30,914 bases of DNA from Thermodesulfovibrionales bacterium (lineage in GTDB: Bacteria; Nitrospirota; Thermodesulfovibrionia; Thermodesulfovibrionales; SM23-35), in the NCBI GenBank assembly GCA_963715195.1, contig CAVQRT010000034.1, forward strand, positions 1 to 30,914, in the 5' to 3' direction. Under the pieces are notes generated by a model. The model worked only from the letters and a program-made list of their open reading frames with translations, searched no databases and was not told where the DNA came from. Position numbers and translations under genes: made by a program. Below are positions 29,205 through 30,914 of the stretch, in pieces (position 1 is the first letter of the stretch; each line of letters begins with the position of its first letter).

Positions 29205-29408
29205 TAAAACCTATATCAAAATTATTTCTCAACATAGATTCTCAACCAGTCGTCATTCCCGCCCCCGTCTTCACGAGGGTAGACTCCGGTGGGAATCCAC
29301 GTTTTTGAAGGCTTTAAATGGACCTCCGCTCCCCGATTGAGAACTTCGAGGACAGGCTTCTCGGGGGTGACGGATTCTTCGGAAAGTTACTATTTTGAGA
29401 TAAGTTCT
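29205..29408. mobile_element. MITE-like element with imperfect TIRs and an internal GTCATTCCCGC..GGGAATCC..TGAC unit
   Basis: AAAACCTATATCAAAAT versus ATTTTGAGATAAGTTCT; core GTCGTCATTCCCGCCCCCGTCTTCACGAGGGTAGACTCCGGTGGGAATCCA is near-identical to ~19148-19198. Confidence 0.6.
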
Positions 29409-29534
29409 GAAAAAATAGCTTTATGGAGCTGCGACAGGAGATTGTTTTGATTACATATTAAAGTAAATGTATCAGGTGTTCATAAAATCACATACATAGT
29501 TTCTATCACACGCATGTAACACGAAGGAGGCGTT

Positions 29535-30710
29535 ATGAAAGTGAGAAAAAAGTTTAGAAGTACCATCTTCTGGCTGATGGTCATATTACTCCTCATCCCT
29601 GTTGCAGGCCTTGCCCAGGAATCAGGGAAAAAAGTCTTTTCGAATGAGGAACTCGACCAGATGCTTGCGCCTGTAGCGCTCTATCCCGATTCACTCATGG
29701 CCCAGGTACTCATGGCATCGACATATCCCCTCGAAATCGTTCAGGCAGACAGATTCGCAAAGAAGAACAAGGATCTCAAAGGGGATAAGCTTTTAGAGGC
29801 AGCAAAGAATGAGGACTGGGATCCGACCGTAAAATCCTTGCTTCAGTTTCCCGAAGTTATTGCCATGATGAGCGAAAAACTCGACTGGACAACAAAGCTT
29901 GGAGATGCCTTCCTTGCGCAGCAGAAGGACGTTATGGATTCTGTGCAACGACTTCGGAATAAGGCAAATGAGGCAGGCAATTTGAAAACCACGAAAGAGC
30001 AGACTGTGGTAGTCGAAAAGGAGACGATTATTATTCAATCTGCAAGCCCGGAGGTAATATATGTTCCGGCGTATAACCCCACGGTTGTATACGGGACATG
30101 GGCATATCCGGCGTATCCGCCTTATCCCTACTATCCACCGGGGTACGGTATGGCAGCAGCGACATTCGGGTTCATGGCCGGAGTTGCGGTAGGCTCATCA
30201 GGATGCTGTTGGGGAAGCTGCAACTGGGGCCATGGCGATGTAGATATCGATATCAACCGCAACAATAATTTCACAAAAAACAATTACAGCAAAGACCGGG
30301 TTAGCCATTATCAGAAGCAGGGAGGTCAGGGTGGCAGGCAGCAATGGCAGCACAACCCCGAAAACAGAAAGGGAGCTGCCTACAGAGATAATGCCACTGC
30401 CCAGAAATTTAACAGAGGAGCTTCAGCAGAATCCGTTAAGTCACGCGAGGCATTCCGCGGACGTGCCGAACAGGGAAGGCAGGATATTGCCCGGGGCGGA
30501 GCTGACCAGTTCAAAGGACGCCAGGCTGCAGGGGGGCGTGATGTTTCGGGCCAGAAAGGCAGTGCCTTCTCAGGTATGGACCGCGGAGGCAGCGCGACGC
30601 GTGACTTCAGCAGCCGTGGAAGTTCCAGCCGCCAAAGCATGTCCCGCGGTGGCGGCGGCTTCGGTGGCGGCAGTCGCGGCGGCGGCGGTCGCGGCGGTGG
30701 AAGGAGGTAG
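29535..30710 (+). CDS. DUF3300-domain exported protein with Gly/Arg-rich tail
   Basis: ELDQMLAPVALYPDSLMAQVLMASTYP, WDPTVKSL, LGDAFLAQ..DVMDSVQRLR, YVPAYNP.VVYG.W, WQHNPENR. Confidence 0.92.
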   Translation: MKVRKKFRSTIFWLMVILLLIPVAGLAQESGKKVFSNEELDQMLAPVALYPDSLMAQVLMASTYPLEIVQADRFAKKNKDLKGDKLLEAAKNEDWDPTVKSLLQFPEVIAMMSEKLDWTTKLGDAFLAQQKDVMDSVQRLRNKANEAGNLKTTKEQTVVVEKETIIIQSASPEVIYVPAYNPTVVYGTWAYPAYPPYPYYPPGYGMAAATFGFMAGVAVGSSGCCWGSCNWGHGDVDIDINRNNNFTKNNYSKDRVSHYQKQGGQGGRQQWQHNPENRKGAAYRDNATAQKFNRGASAESVKSREAFRGRAEQGRQDIARGGADQFKGRQAAGGRDVSGQKGSAFSGMDRGGSATRDFSSRGSSSRQSMSRGGGGFGGGSRGGGGRGGGRR

Positions 30711-30760
30711 ACATGCCAAAATTGGATTTAACAACAAATAACTTCTTCAGGGAGGAAGGA

Positions 30761-30914
30761 ATGATACTTCCGGGAATGCATTATAGAAAGACCTTATCGA
30801 TAGGCATCTTTGTGATTGCCGTTGCCGTAGTGATCATCTTGACCCATGCTGGTGCTTCATTCGCGGCAGAAAAGCAGAAGACATTCGCTTCTGCCGAGGA
30901 AGCGGTGAAAGCAC
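30761..30914 (+). CDS. DUF2950-family protein, 5' part only (runs off the window)
   Basis: GGAGG RBS; MILPG..signal..SFAAEKQKTFASAEEAVKA; DUF2950 normally follows DUF3300. Confidence 0.7.
   Translation, partial: MILPGMHYRKTLSIGIFVIAVAVVIILTHAGASFAAEKQKTFASAEEAVKA

Noticed and set aside
30640..30710. GGCGGC tandem repeats
   Set aside because: They encode the Gly/Arg-rich tail usual for DUF3300 proteins.
1..30914. CRISPR array, tRNA/rRNA, transposase or integrase
   Set aside because: No regularly spaced repeat-spacer units, cloverleafs or recombinase motifs were seen.

Overview
A 30.9-kb bacterial window, almost all on the + strand, rich in envelope and exported proteins. The gene content resembles an anaerobic Gram-negative such as a Desulfobacterota or Nitrospirota (inference). 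It holds five blocks: (1) a sulfatase module (beta-barrel protein, Ser-type arylsulfatase, small exported protein, anaerobic sulfatase-maturating radical SAM enzyme); (2) a large MscS channel, an MshEN-repeat-like protein, decayed FixJ-type response regulator pieces around an AAA+/DUF4143 ATPase, and a cold-shock gene; (3) a putative periplasmic sulfur-redox operon; (4) an MlaE/MlaF/MlaD/PqiC transporter and a patatin-POTRA-beta-barrel (PlpD-like) gene; (5) MipA, an OMP barrel, and DUF3300/DUF2950. The operon in block 3 is the main finding. It encodes a Tat-exported split-Soret-type diheme cytochrome c whose first conserved Cys codon is an in-frame TGA followed by a SECIS-like hairpin (likely selenocysteine), an OprB porin, a Tat-exported DszB-like (desulfinase-type) protein and a rhodanese. 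A ~125-bp non-coding element is duplicated upstream of both sulfur-related operons. The cytochrome and the DszB-like gene share a near-identical RBS plus Tat leader. About ten single-base frameshifts (nine of them +1) split five otherwise intact genes and are probably sequencing errors. Several MITE/REP-like palindromic elements are present. No rRNA, tRNA or CRISPR array was recognised.
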